From: an uncultured Verrucomicrobiae bacterium
Lineage (GTDB): Bacteria > Verrucomicrobiota > Verrucomicrobiia > Chthoniobacterales > JAFAMB01
Reading direction: 5' to 3'
Assembly: GCA_963793135.1 (NCBI GenBank)
Contig: CAWBYX010000028.1
Coordinates: forward strand, 119,886-183,885
DNA length: 64,000 nucleotides
Part shown: in pieces, positions 37,044-48,134 of the stretch
Numbering within the stretch: the stretch's first letter is position 1
Layout: every line of letters starts with the position of its first letter
The notes under the pieces: model-generated
The model's database searches: none
What the model was told of the DNA's origin: nothing
The model's input: the letters and a program-made list of their open reading frames with translations, nothing else
Translations under genes and position numbers: made by a program

Positions 37044-38481
37044 GAGGCAAGAGACCAACCGCGACCTGCGGAAAAATGCCCAAAACAAAGATAAGTCCCA
37101 CCATGATCCACATGGCGACGAGAGAGAGTCGGCTGACCGGAATCGCGGTGGCGTCTACCGGTACGGGCTGCCAATACATCGCCCTGACCACCTTCAGATA
37201 GAAGTAGAAGCCGCAACCGACCGTCAGGATGCCGAGAGCGATCAGGAAAAAGTGGCCGGTTTCAAAGGCCACCTTGAAGACGAGAAACTTCCCGAGAAAC
37301 CCGGCGGTCAACGGAACACCGGCGAGCGACATCATGGCGACTAGAAGACCAAAAGCCAGGAACGGAGAACGTTTTCCTAGACCATTAAAATGAACGATGT
37401 CGTCGCCGTCGGCATGATTACTGACGATCACCAGGATCAGAAACGAGAGGAGTGTCATCAAGAGATAAGCGGCAAGATAGACGACCACGGCCAGTCCGGA
37501 ATCCATTGCACCGATTGCCGCCACTGCAATTAGCAGATAACCGGCATGACCGATACTGGAATAGGCCAGAAGGCGCTTGAAGTTCGTCTGAGGCAATGCC
37601 GCGAGATTGCCGTAAAGCAGGGTGGCCGCGGCCAAGAGTGTAATCGCGGTGATCAACTTGTTTCCGACAGACGGGAGAGTTTGAAAGGCTAGGACGACTC
37701 GCAGCAGCACGATAAATCCGACCGATTTAGAACCGACGGAGAGAAAGGCGGTGATCGGAGTTGGTGCACCCTGGTAAACATCGGGAACCCAGAACTGAAA
37801 TGGCGCAGCCGCTATCTTGAATCCGAGACCGACCAGGACCAGGAGAGCGCCAAAAAGAAGGCCAGGCTGATTATCGAGGGGAATGGAAGAAAGGACCTGC
37901 TTTATCTGCGTGAGATTGGTCTGCCGCGTGACGCCGTAGATCCAGGTAATCCCGTAAACGGTGAAACCGGTAGAAAGGGCGCTCAGGATCAGATATTTAA
38001 CACCCGCTTCCAGCGAAGCGGCGTTCCTGCGCATGAAAGGCACCAGGACATAGAAAGAAATGGTGACCAGCTCCAGGGAGACGAAAATCAGGATAAAGTC
38101 GATCGCCGATGCCATCCACATCATCCCTGCGCAGGTGAGTACCGGGAGAGCGAAAAATTCGCCCAGACCGGATTGAGGGGAACCGCCGGGCAAATAGCGT
38201 TTGATCGTGTCGGCGTAATCAATCGACATGATGAGCACAACAATCGTCGTCACGACGGCGACTTTCTTGAAGAAAATCGCCGGCCAATCGATCGTGTAAG
38301 AGAGCATCCCGCTTTCGCCAGGGACAGTTACCTGGAGAAACAAGAAGACGACGGCTAATCCGACGATTCCGATAATCGCAAAGATTTTCCGGTCCTGCTT
38401 TTCGGCAAACGATTCCAGCACCAGAATCACGATTCCCAGCGCGAGCACGAATAATTCTAGTAAAACGGGAGGGATTGTCAT
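37039..38481 (-). CDS. nuoN: NADH-quinone oxidoreductase subunit N.
   Basis: 480 aa, polytopic, last gene of the nuo run. Overlaps the nuoM stop by 4 nt. Confidence 0.88.
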   Translation of the reverse strand: MTIPPVLLELFVLALGIVILVLESFAEKQDRKIFAIIGIVGLAVVFLFLQVTVPGESGMLSYTIDWPAIFFKKVAVVTTIVVLIMSIDYADTIKRYLPGGSPQSGLGEFFALPVLTCAGMMWMASAIDFILIFVSLELVTISFYVLVPFMRRNAASLEAGVKYLILSALSTGFTVYGITWIYGVTRQTNLTQIKQVLSSIPLDNQPGLLFGALLVLVGLGFKIAAAPFQFWVPDVYQGAPTPITAFLSVGSKSVGFIVLLRVVLAFQTLPSVGNKLITAITLLAAATLLYGNLAALPQTNFKRLLAYSSIGHAGYLLIAVAAIGAMDSGLAVVVYLAAYLLMTLLSFLILVIVSNHADGDDIVHFNGLGKRSPFLAFGLLVAMMSLAGVPLTAGFLGKFLVFKVAFETGHFFLIALGILTVGCGFYFYLKVVRAMYWQPVPVDATAIPVSRLSLVAMWIMVGLIFVLGIFPQVAVGLLPR

Positions 38482-39956
38482 TTAGCGAAGAGCCGGATTC
38501 CAGGTTCAACAGCATCCAAAACCGTTCTGGGTAGCAGACCGACCACCAGAAGCGCGGCAACCAGCAAAACGACGGCCCAACCGACGTTCATCGGCATATC
38601 TTTGACCGCCTGCCAGCGAGGTAGAGGTTCTCCCATAAAGATGGCTCGATACGCGCGCAGCATATAGACCGCAGAGATAACGACACCCCAGAGGGCAATC
38701 GTCCCGACAACTTGAAACTCGTTAAATCCCGCGCCTGGCGTTGAGTGTTTGAATGCGCCAAAGAAAACGAGGAGTTCAGAAGCGAAGTTCGCGAATCCCG
38801 GGAGCCCAATGGAAGCGAAAGTTGCCAATCCGAACACGAAGCAAAGGGTCGGCATACTGGTTCCTAAACCTCCCAGGTCGACGTAATTGAGTGTGCCGGT
38901 CTGTTTTCGAATTTCGCCGGACATTGCAAAGAGCGCCGCGATGGAGAGTCCGTGAGCCAACAAGAGCAGAGCAGCGCCATTCAACCCGATGATGTTATAG
39001 CTGGCGATGCCCAGAAAGACGTACCCCATGTGCATCACACTCGAATAGCCGAGGGTTAGATCCAGCTGCTTTTGCGAGATGGTGGCCAGGCCCACATAGA
39101 GGATATTTCCCGCCAGAAGAATCAGAAGGAAAGGGGCCCAATGCCGCGCCGCTTCCGGCATCAACGGCAGAGCCAGCCGGAGAAGTCCGTAAAGTCCAAA
39201 TTTTTTCAAGACACCGGCGTGCAACATAGCAACCGGCGGCGGTGCCGAGGCATAAGCTTGAGGAGCCCAGGTATGAAATGGAAAGAGCGAGACCAGAATC
39301 CCAAAGCCAATCAACAACAGGAAATAAACTGATCTGGATCCCGGTCTCGAGAATACCCCGCTCGAAACGAGTTGTTGGAGTTTGACGATGTCGAAGGTTC
39401 GGTGCTCGGGCGGTGGCAACAGATAGAGACCAATCAAGCCAACCAGCAGGATAATGCTGCCGATCGACAGATAAATAGTGATCTTCCAGGCAGCGCTTTG
39501 CCGATTGCCGGAGCCCCAAATGCCGATCATCAGAAAAGTTGGGATAAGGGCCAGCTCGTGAAACGCGTAAAAAAAGAATAGGTCAAGAGAAGCAAACGCT
39601 CCGGCGGCCCCGGCAGCGATCAAAAGGAGGCAGGCGTAATACCGATTTTCTCCGTAGTCAACTTTCGGCGCGAGCCAAACGGCGGCCAGCGCCACAATCG
39701 AGGTCAGTAGCAATAGCGTCGCGCTCAGACCATCGACGCCGACGAAAAACTTTAAATCCCAGCTGGCGATCAGCGGGAAGGCGCCCGCGAACTGAAAGCC
39801 AGCCTGTGCGCGATCGTAACCGAGAAAGACGATTAAAGCCGAGGCAAGCGCGACGAGCGTACCTATAACGGCAGTTCTCCGTGCCGGGAGCCCAAGAAGA
39901 ACGCAGACCGCCGCGACGATCGGCGCGAGATAAATCAGGTGAACCAGTAAACTCAT
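38478..39956 (-). CDS. nuoM: NADH-quinone oxidoreductase subunit M.
   Basis: 492 aa, antiporter-like subunit, positioned between nuoL and nuoN. Confidence 0.88.
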   Translation of the reverse strand: MSLLVHLIYLAPIVAAVCVLLGLPARRTAVIGTLVALASALIVFLGYDRAQAGFQFAGAFPLIASWDLKFFVGVDGLSATLLLLTSIVALAAVWLAPKVDYGENRYYACLLLIAAGAAGAFASLDLFFFYAFHELALIPTFLMIGIWGSGNRQSAAWKITIYLSIGSIILLVGLIGLYLLPPPEHRTFDIVKLQQLVSSGVFSRPGSRSVYFLLLIGFGILVSLFPFHTWAPQAYASAPPPVAMLHAGVLKKFGLYGLLRLALPLMPEAARHWAPFLLILLAGNILYVGLATISQKQLDLTLGYSSVMHMGYVFLGIASYNIIGLNGAALLLLAHGLSIAALFAMSGEIRKQTGTLNYVDLGGLGTSMPTLCFVFGLATFASIGLPGFANFASELLVFFGAFKHSTPGAGFNEFQVVGTIALWGVVISAVYMLRAYRAIFMGEPLPRWQAVKDMPMNVGWAVVLLVAALLVVGLLPRTVLDAVEPGIRLFAK

Positions 39957-41744
39957 TTTGTGCCGAACAGAATGAAGTAAAGAAGTAAGACTACCCCTGC
40001 TCCGAAGAGAAACGCGTAAGCCTGTAAATTGCCGATCTGAAGGAAACGCAGAGCGTATCCGAGACCCCAGGTGATTCCTCCGAGGCCTCGCACGACACCG
40101 CCGTCAATCACCCAGCGGTCGAAGAAGCCCGAAATATTGGCCAGCAGATCCTGAGTCCATTTGATCAGACTGCGGTAGAATTCGTCGAAGTAGAATTTGT
40201 GTTCGAAGAGAGGGATATCAATGCCGTCCTTGTTTTTGTCTTTGTAGAGGTAGAAACCTGAGGCGGCACCCGCTGCGAAAGCCAGGAGTGAAACCGCGAT
40301 CGCGCCCAGCGGGGACCCTTCATGTTCAGGTACTTGGATGAAAATGGAGGCGATAAATGGAAACCCGGCAATACAGGCCGGAATAGCGAGAAGGATCAAG
40401 GGAACGGTCATCACTCTGGGCGACTCCTCCGCATGCCTGGCGTGATCCGAGCGAGCTTCCCCAAGAAAAGCGACCACGAAAAGTCGAGACATGTAAAAAG
40501 CGGTTAAGAAGGTGACAGCTGCGATTGCCAGAAATGCGGGAATGATTCTGGCTGGCAGAGGCCAGGATGGCGTCTTTACTCCAAAATCCGGCAAAAGGCG
40601 GACAGGCGATCAAAGCCAGCGTGCCAATAAGAAAGGTCCAAAAGGTCACCGGCATTTTGTTTCGCAGACCACCCATCTGCCAAATATTCTGCTCATGATG
40701 CAGGCTGTAGATCACTGATCCCGCGCCGAGGAATAGAAGTGCTTTGAAGAAGGCATGAGTGAAGAGATGGAACATGCCTGCCTGGGGTACCCCGAGACCG
40801 ACCGCGGCGATCATTAGCCCGAGCTGGGAAAGAGTCGAATAGGCCAGAACGCGTTTGATGTCGTCCTGTTGGGTGGCCATGAGCGCCGCCATCAGGGAGG
40901 TGATCAAACCGATCCAGAGAACTACCGTGAGCGCCGCCGGTGCAGGCTGGAAGAGAAAGAAAGAACGGGTCAGCATGAAGACGCCGGCAGCCACCATCGT
41001 TGCGGCGTGGATTAAGGCGGAGACAGGTGTCGGGCCCTCCATGGCGTCCGGCAGCCAGACGTGGAGCGGGAACTGGGCAGATTTCCCGACCGCCCCGCAG
41101 AATATCAGCAGAGCCGTGGCAGTCATAAACCCATGACTTAAGCCGAGGGTAGACCAATGCTGACTCAATTCTTCGAAAGAGACCGTTCCAGACGCCGACC
41201 AAACCAGGAGGATGCCGAGCATGAATCCGAAATCGCCGATCCGATTGGCCAGAAAAGCCTTGTTGGCGGCATCGGGAGGGGCAGCGTGATAGAACCAGTG
41301 ACCGATCAAGAGATACGAACTGACTCCGACCAACTCCCAGAAGATGAACATCATGATGAAGTTGTTGGCCAGCACAATCCCGAGCATCGAAAAGGTGAAG
41401 AGCGACAACCCGCAAAAATAACGCGAACGCCCTGTGTCATCCGCCATGTAGCCGAGCGAGTAAATATGGATCAGAAGTCCGACGCCCGTGACCACCAGGA
41501 GCATCAGTTTGGTTAAGCCATTGATCAGGTAACCGATCTTCACCTGGAACACACCCAAATCGATCCAGTTGAAGCCGGCCGATCCATCCGGCCCAAAAAA
41601 GACCCCCAGGGCGAAAACAAAAGATATGGCAATCGCCGCGACCGAGATATGCGAACTGAGCTTCCTGGACCGCTCAGTGATCAGAGCAATGACCACCGCA
41701 GAGATAAACGGCGTAAAGAGGATGATCCATGGACTCGCGTTCAT
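39953..41744 (-). CDS. nuoL: NADH-quinone oxidoreductase subunit L, interrupted by one +1 frameshift near 40553.
   Basis: ORF 40326..41744 is NuoL-like up to ..PPFAGFWSKDAILASA. The protein continues in ORF 39953..40594 as ARIIPAFLAIAAVTFLTAFYMSRLFVVAFLGEA... Confidence 0.88.
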
Positions 41745-41747
41745 TCG

Positions 41748-42065
41748 TTAGAATTTCAAAGTGTTCATGTCCTCGACATGGGTAGTTTGTCGGGCCCGGA
41801 AAAGGGCGACGATGATGGCCAGCCCGACGGTCACTTCGGCGGCAGCGACGGTGATGATAAAAAACGCCAGCACCTGTCCGTTATAGTCCGGGAGGCCGTC
41901 ATGGACATTGTATCTTGAAAATCCAATCAGGGAGAGATTGGCTGCATTGAGCATCAGCTCCAGGGCCATGAAAATGATGATCACGTTCCGGCGGAGCAAT
42001 ACCCCGGCGAAGCCGATGGCAAATAAGAGGCCGCTGGCAATCAGATAGTCATTAAGCGTTACCAT
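41748..42065 (-). CDS. nuoK: NADH-quinone oxidoreductase subunit K.
   Basis: 105 aa with three TM segments, in the operon between nuoJ and nuoL. Confidence 0.88.
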   Translation of the reverse strand: MVTLNDYLIASGLLFAIGFAGVLLRRNVIIIFMALELMLNAANLSLIGFSRYNVHDGLPDYNGQVLAFFIITVAAAEVTVGLAIIVALFRARQTTHVEDMNTLKF

Positions 42066-42067
42066 GG

Positions 42068-42571
42068 TTATTTGAGCTCCCGTTTGCTAAGGATCACGAC
42101 GCCGATCGACGCGACCAGGATCAAGGTGCCGACCACTTGAAGCGGGATGTTATACTGCTGGAAAAGCACCATCCCGACATGCCAGACGTCCCCTTGCGGC
42201 CCTTGCGCGATCGGCTGGAATTTGGCGTGGCCGTTCTCAAATTTGTAACTAATGTCTAACAGAATCGTGACAAACAGGAATATCACGACGAACCCGCCGC
42301 AAATCGCCGGCAGATTGGTACGGCGGCGGACCTCCGCCTTAAGATCCAGCAGCATGATGATGAACAAAAAAAGCACCATTACCGCTCCCGCATACACCAG
42401 GACCTGGATTACCCCGATAAAATAGGCGTCCAGCGAGACAAAAAGAGCGGCCAGAGCTAGAAAGCAGACGACCAGGCTCAGCGCACTCGCGACGGGATTG
42501 CGGTTCAGCACCACCATCCCGCCGAAAAAGAGCATAATCGCCACGAAGATCCAAAAAAGTAACGGGGACAT
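42068..42571 (-). CDS. nuoJ: NADH-quinone oxidoreductase subunit J.
   Basis: 167 aa membrane protein in the nuoJ position. Confidence 0.85.
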   Translation of the reverse strand: MSPLLFWIFVAIMLFFGGMVVLNRNPVASALSLVVCFLALAALFVSLDAYFIGVIQVLVYAGAVMVLFLFIIMLLDLKAEVRRRTNLPAICGGFVVIFLFVTILLDISYKFENGHAKFQPIAQGPQGDVWHVGMVLFQQYNIPLQVVGTLILVASIGVVILSKRELK

Positions 42572-42575
42572 TCGG

Positions 42576-43106
42576 CTATTTTTTGTCGTTCCACTTGTTC
42601 ACCAGGCCGGTCATGACACCGCCAAGCTCGTAAAGCTTCTCCTTGTCGTGCACCATCTCCTGCCTGGTTAAACCGGTGATGGCATAATCTTTGCGCAGAA
42701 AAATGGCTTGTTCTGGGCACACCTCCTCGCAAAGTCCGCAGTAAATGCAGCGGATCATGTCGATCTCGAACTCCCGCGGAAATTTCTCCACTTTCCGCCA
42801 TCGGTCTTGTTCCGGGATTTCTCCGGGATGGATGGTGATCGCGCGGGGTGGACAAATGAATTCGCAGAGCTGGCAGGCCACACAGCGCTCTCGCCCGTGT
42901 TCATCCCTCACCAGAGTGGGTGCACCGCGGTAGTAGGACGGCAATTGCTCGTCCCATTTCTCTTCCGGGTATTGCATGGTCACTTTCTTCCTCCCGGAAA
43001 GGATTTTGAAAAAGTGTCGAAAGGTAATCCCAAGACCGGTCAAGATCGCGGGTAGATAGACCTTCTCTGCGAAGTTCAGTTTTGGACGGGCTACGGTGTA
43101 CGCCAT
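42576..43106 (-). CDS. nuoI: NADH-quinone oxidoreductase subunit I.
   Basis: Two 4Fe-4S ferredoxin motifs: CVACQLCEFICP and CIYCGLCEEVCP. Confidence 0.93.
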   Translation of the reverse strand: MAYTVARPKLNFAEKVYLPAILTGLGITFRHFFKILSGRKKVTMQYPEEKWDEQLPSYYRGAPTLVRDEHGRERCVACQLCEFICPPRAITIHPGEIPEQDRWRKVEKFPREFEIDMIRCIYCGLCEEVCPEQAIFLRKDYAITGLTRQEMVHDKEKLYELGGVMTGLVNKWNDKK

Positions 43107-43118
43107 GGTTCTAACTCG

Positions 43119-44294
43119 CTATTTTTGCATGAAAGGCAGAATGACTGCGACGATGAAAACATTGACCAGAGCGATCTCGATGAAGAAATACCAGCCAAGT
43201 CTCATCAATTGATCGTATCGAAAGCGCGGCAACGTCCAACGCACCCAAATGAAAAAGAGCAGCAGTAGAGCCACCTTGATAAAGAATGCCGCGATGTGAA
43301 TGAGTCCGAGCAGGAGGCCCCAAATTGAATAGGGGTTGGCTAGCGTGGTCGGCAGGAATGGAACATGCCAGGCTCCAAAGTAGAGAGTCACGATGACCGC
43401 CGAGCCGGTAATCATCGCCGCGTATTCGCCCAGAAAAAAGAGGGCAAACTTCATCGATGAATACTCGGTGTGATATCCGCCGACCAGCTCGGTCTCCGCC
43501 TCCGGCAAGTCAAACGGCAAGCGATTGGTTTCGGCGAACATGGAGATGGTGAAGACAATGAAGGAAATGAAAAGCGGTATCCAGAGGATGATCTTCAGGA
43601 TGTCGATCGATTGGATGATCTCCTGAAAATTGATGCTCAGAGGGAAAAGGCTGATCCCTTTGATCCAGATCGGAGAAATCAGCCAACCGTGGGCGATTTG
43701 GTATTTGACGATTTCCGACAAGTTGAGAGTTCGGCAGATCATGAAGATCGGGATGACCGATAAGGCGAGCGAAAGCTCGTATGAAATCATCTGCGAACTG
43801 GATCGTATTCCGCCGAGGAACGGGTATTTCGAGTTTGAGGACCAGCCGGCTAATACGATGCCGTAGACGCCAAGGGAAGAAACGGCAAAAACCCAAAGCA
43901 CACCGATGTTGACGTTGGCGACGACCATCGGCTCGCCCCAAAGTTGGCTGCCAAAAGGGATCACCGCCAGAGCCATCATGGAGGGAGCCATGGCGCAGGC
44001 GGGCGCCAGCCAGTAATAAAACTTGTTGACGTGAGCCGGTGTAAAATCCTCCTTCAGCATCAGCTTCACCGCATCGGCTATTGGCTGGACGAGACCGTGG
44101 AGTGGTATGTCTTTCCCGAATCCGAATAAGGTCAGAGGAATGCCAACTCGGTTCGGGCCGACCCGGTCCTGGATCATGGCACTTACGCGCCGCTCTGCGT
44201 AAACCGTGTACGAAACCATCGGAAGAATGACCACGAAAATGAGTCCGAGGGTCTTAGCCAGTGAAACGAGGACCAGTATCAGTACCTCGATCAT
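43119..44294 (-). CDS. nuoH: NADH-quinone oxidoreductase subunit H.
   Basis: 391 aa, polytopic. NuoH-like sequence: AERRVSAMIQDRVGPNRVG...FDLPEAETELVGGYHTEYS. Confidence 0.92.
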   Translation of the reverse strand: MIEVLILVLVSLAKTLGLIFVVILPMVSYTVYAERRVSAMIQDRVGPNRVGIPLTLFGFGKDIPLHGLVQPIADAVKLMLKEDFTPAHVNKFYYWLAPACAMAPSMMALAVIPFGSQLWGEPMVVANVNIGVLWVFAVSSLGVYGIVLAGWSSNSKYPFLGGIRSSSQMISYELSLALSVIPIFMICRTLNLSEIVKYQIAHGWLISPIWIKGISLFPLSINFQEIIQSIDILKIILWIPLFISFIVFTISMFAETNRLPFDLPEAETELVGGYHTEYSSMKFALFFLGEYAAMITGSAVIVTLYFGAWHVPFLPTTLANPYSIWGLLLGLIHIAAFFIKVALLLLFFIWVRWTLPRFRYDQLMRLGWYFFIEIALVNVFIVAVILPFMQK

Positions 44295-45956
44295 ACCGTC
44301 TCGACCGCCTCCTCACTCTTTTCGACCAGCGGAACGCCTTGGTCCGTGATCCTGCTGAGCGATAGTGAATTCATATTAGGGATCGAGTCGGTGATTTGTT
44401 TGAAAACATCCTCGATCAGATAGATCCCATTCGATCCCGTCAACTGTTGGATTAAGTCACGAATAATTTCCCAGTCATCGCGTGCGGTTCCGGGCGGCTG
44501 CGTCGCTCGATTTAAACGTTGCAGCCGTCCTTTGACATTGATCATGGAGCCGCGTTTCTCAGAGAAAGCGGAAGAGGGAAGCAGAATCGATGCGCTGCGA
44601 GTCGTTTCGTTCGGCAGGATATCGACCACGATCAAGGCTGCCAATTTTTTCAAGTCTTCTGCAGTAATCCCAAGTTGGGTTAGATCCTCACCTAGTGCGA
44701 TCACAGCCTTGAGAGCGCCCGATTTGATCTTGTCGACAATCTCCTTCAGCCCGTCGCCAGGTTTGTCGCCGGTCACCCCTGTGAGCTGAGCGCCGCGGGT
44801 ATTGGGATTCCGGTCAGCGCTCATCAAGATCTGATCGGCTTCTGCAAATCTGGGAACGATATCGTGCAGAGAGGTGCCGATCGAATCGATCAATTTCTTT
44901 GTCAGCCACAGTTCTTCGTTCGTCATCCTCGCGGAAGCGACGACGGCGACTTCGTCCTTTTGAAATTGCTTTAACGTTTCTCCAGCCTTGACCAAGGCAT
45001 TGTTCCAGCTGGTGTCGACGAGTTCCTGAGCCTCCCGAAGCTGCGGCGTCTTAAGTCGATCGGGGGAATTGACGTAGTGAAAATTCAAGCCGGCCGTAGT
45101 CGCACATCCAGTCGGAATTCACCGCATTGTTCTCTCTGGGCGTTTGCCGGAAAATCTCGTTTTGCCGAGTGCCAATGATGGTGTTGCACCCGGTCGCGCA
45201 ACTGGTGCAGATACTCTTTGTTTCCTTGAGGAACCAGACACGCATTTTGAATCGAAAATCGCTGCTGGTCAGAGCTCCGACTGGACAGATATCGACCGTG
45301 TTTAACGAATAGTTGCTGTCCAGCAATCGGTCAGGATGCGCTGTGAGGTAGGTATGGCTTCCGCGGCTGACGAATCCTAAGACATCGTCATGAGCAACCT
45401 CCTTCATAAAACGTATGCAACGGGAACAAAGGATGCAGCGCTCATCATCCAGGGTAACTCGCGGACCGAGTTCAACCCGTTTCGGTTTTTTGACTTTCTC
45501 TTCGAGAAAACGTGACCCGGAGGTTCCAAACTCGACACTGTATTCCTGGAGATGGCACTCGCCGGCCTGGTCGCAAATCGGGCAATCGAGCGGATGATTG
45601 ATCAGGAGAAATTCCATGACCCCGTGCCGGCAGTCCTCGACCATCGGTGAATCGGTTCGAATTCCCATGCCTTCTGCAATGTCTTGAGCGCAAGAGATCT
45701 GTGGTCGCGGAATCCAATTGATCACCGGTTTGCCATCTGCACCCTTTTCGGGCTTACGGTCCGCACCGAGCTTCGGCATCCCCATTTCGATCAGGCACAT
45801 GCGGCAGTTGCCCGGTGAAGTGAGTTTTGGATGGTAACAGTAATGTGGGATAAACTTTCCCGCTTGAGCGCACGCCTCAATGACGCGGGTGCCCTTCTGG
45901 AACTGGTGCCAGACACCGTCAATCTGCACGTTAAGAAGTTCGGTTGGTGCGCTCAT
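44291..45956 (-). CDS. nuoG: NADH-quinone oxidoreductase subunit G (short form, ~555 aa), interrupted by one +1 frameshift near 45089.
   Basis: N-terminal 2Fe-2S and 4Fe-4S Cys clusters (CYHPKLTSPGNCRMCLIE, HPLDCPICDQAGECHLQ, CILCSRCIRF). ..DWMCDYGRL continues in the next frame as NFHYVNSPDRLKTPQLR... Confidence 0.88.
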
Positions 45957-45965
45957 GGTGAATTG

Positions 45966-47339
45966 TCAGTGGTTGGTCGATCCGTTCCCATTTGCTTTGG
46001 TCCCTGCAGTCGCCGCAAACTCGTCCTTGAACTTGGCGACGAAGCTTTGGGTCGGCCACGCGCAGGCTTCGCCAAAGGCACAAATCGTCCGACCGGCGAT
46101 ATTGTCGGCCACGCTTTTCAGCGTGTCGGTGTCTTCTCCAACGCCACCACCATGAAGCATTCGCTCGGTGATTTTTTTCATCCAAAGTGAGCCTTCCCGA
46201 CAAGGGGTGCATTGGCCGCAGCTCTCGTGCGCGTAGAACTCGTTGATATTGTTCAGTGCCCAAAGCATTTCCCGGGTGTCGTCCATCACGATGATGCCTC
46301 CAGATCCTGCCATCGAGCCGACAGCAGCTAAAGTATCGAAATCGAGCGCAACATCCTCGAGGCCGATTTCGCTTTCAACCATCGTGCCGTCCGCCTGTTT
46401 GGTTTTGATCTTATAGCGGTCTTTGGCGCTCAGCACTTTCGCAGAACTACCTCCCGGAATAACGGCTTTCAGCGTGCGGCCAGGCTTGAGGCCGCCGCAA
46501 ATATCGTAGATCAATTCACCCATGGTGATCCCGCCCACCTCGAATTCGTAATAGCCGGGCCGCTGGACATCTCCGCTGACGCAGAGGACGCGAGTCCCGG
46601 TGTTATTTGGTTTTCCGATCTTGGCGTACTCTGCGCCGCCGATCCGCATGATGTATTTTACGTTGCAGAGTGTTTCCACGTTGTTGACAATGGTCGGGCA
46701 CAAATACAATCCGAGCACCGCGGGAAAATAAGGTGGCTTGATGCGTGGATACGGGCGCTTTCCTTCCATCGATTCAATCAGGCCGGTTTCCTCTCCGCAA
46801 ATGTAGGCGCCAGCACCACGAAAAATATAGATCTCCAGATCGAATCCCGATCCCAGAATATTTTTCCCGAGAAACCCGTGCGCCCTGGCCTCAGCAAGTG
46901 CGCGTTCGAGAATCTTGGCGCCTTCAGGGAACTCCCCGCGGATGTAGATATAGGCGAGACGGGCATTGACGGCGAAACAGGAAATAATCATTCCCTCCAC
47001 CAGTTGATGAGGATCCTGATGAATAATGTACCGGTCTTTGAAGGTGCCGGGCTCTGATTCGTCCGCGTTGCAGATCAGATACGTCGGTTTGGGTCCGCCC
47101 GGCTTGATAAAGCCCCATTTTACTCCGCAGGGAAAACCTGCGCCTCCGCGTCCTCGCAGACCGGAGATCTTAACCTCGTTCACGATCTCTCCCGGCTGCA
47201 TCGAGAACGCTTTTTTCAGTTCTTCATAGCCGCCGTCCTGGAGATAGCAGTCGATATCATTCGTCCAGCCTGGCCGATCAATATTCTTGAAGATGATCCG
47301 GTTTTCGCGCGGGTGCGGAGTGCGAATAGTCGAGGCCAT
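45966..47339 (-). CDS. nuoF: NADH-quinone oxidoreductase subunit F.
   Basis: GLRGRGGAGFPCGVKWGF (FMN/NADH site) and ESCGQCTPCREG (4Fe-4S). Confidence 0.95.
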   Translation of the reverse strand: MASTIRTPHPRENRIIFKNIDRPGWTNDIDCYLQDGGYEELKKAFSMQPGEIVNEVKISGLRGRGGAGFPCGVKWGFIKPGGPKPTYLICNADESEPGTFKDRYIIHQDPHQLVEGMIISCFAVNARLAYIYIRGEFPEGAKILERALAEARAHGFLGKNILGSGFDLEIYIFRGAGAYICGEETGLIESMEGKRPYPRIKPPYFPAVLGLYLCPTIVNNVETLCNVKYIMRIGGAEYAKIGKPNNTGTRVLCVSGDVQRPGYYEFEVGGITMGELIYDICGGLKPGRTLKAVIPGGSSAKVLSAKDRYKIKTKQADGTMVESEIGLEDVALDFDTLAAVGSMAGSGGIIVMDDTREMLWALNNINEFYAHESCGQCTPCREGSLWMKKITERMLHGGGVGEDTDTLKSVADNIAGRTICAFGEACAWPTQSFVAKFKDEFAATAGTKANGNGSTNH

Positions 47340-47341
47340 GG

Positions 47342-47842
47342 TTAGAGATATTTTTCGAGTAATTGTGGAACTTCGTCTTGAGCCACCGCTTCGTAAAAAT
47401 CATCGTTGATCATGCAGACCGGCCCGAAGCCACAGCTGGCCAGGCATTCGACGAATTCGATGCTGTATTTCCCGTCCTTGCTTTTGAGCAAATGCGCGCC
47501 ATGGCCATTTCCCTGCCGGTCAATCGCGGCGTGTTTACAGAAGGTGTCCAGAAGTTCATATCCGCCCGCCATGGCACACGAGAGCGTACGGCAGACGCGG
47601 ATGTGATGCTTTCCGGCCGGTTCCCGGCGAAACATTGGATAGAAAGTCACCAACTCCAGAACGTTGATCGGCTCGAGTCCAAGTTTTGCCGCGATCCAGG
47701 TGATCGCTTCGTCTTCCAGATACCCATAGTGTTCCTGGATCAGGTGAAGTAACGGCAACGCGGCGCTGCGTTTGGAAACCGGGTATTGGGTGATCACTTC
47801 ATCAATCCTGGCTTCGAATTCGGCCGGTAGTTCCATCTTCAT
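47342..47842 (-). CDS. nuoE: NADH-quinone oxidoreductase subunit E.
   Basis: 2Fe-2S Cys motifs: IRVCRTLSCAMAG and ECLASCGFGPV. 166 aa. Confidence 0.92.
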   Translation of the reverse strand: MKMELPAEFEARIDEVITQYPVSKRSAALPLLHLIQEHYGYLEDEAITWIAAKLGLEPINVLELVTFYPMFRREPAGKHHIRVCRTLSCAMAGGYELLDTFCKHAAIDRQGNGHGAHLLKSKDGKYSIEFVECLASCGFGPVCMINDDFYEAVAQDEVPQLLEKYL

Positions 47843-48132
47843 TTCTCCTTCATTTGTTCAGGCTCATTGATTAGACGCCCATTCTGGAAGTGAAGGACAA
47901 CCGTCTCCCCATCGTGATTGTAGAAATATCGGGTGATGGCCATCGTCTTCTTCTGCGTCTCCAATTCCAGATCCACTTTCTCCGTCTTATCCGGATTTCC
48001 GAGGATTGATTCGACCTCCTTCTGGGTCATGTTGATCTTGACTTGCGCCAGATTCCGGTTGCCAAATTCTCTTTGGCAGCCGGTCATGATGAGAATTGCG
48101 ACTGCAACCAGAAGAAGCTCGTGCCATCGCAT
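47839..48132 (-). CDS. Small lipoprotein with a BamE/SmpA_OmlA-like motif, embedded in the nuo operon.
   Basis: Lipobox MRWHELLLVAVAILIMTGC. KINMTQKEVESILGNPDKTE resembles the SmpA/OmlA signature. Its start lies 3 nt after the nuoD stop, and its stop overlaps the nuoE start by 4 nt. Confidence 0.65.
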   Translation of the reverse strand: MRWHELLLVAVAILIMTGCQREFGNRNLAQVKINMTQKEVESILGNPDKTEKVDLELETQKKTMAITRYFYNHDGETVVLHFQNGRLINEPEQMKEK

Positions 48133-48134
48133 TT

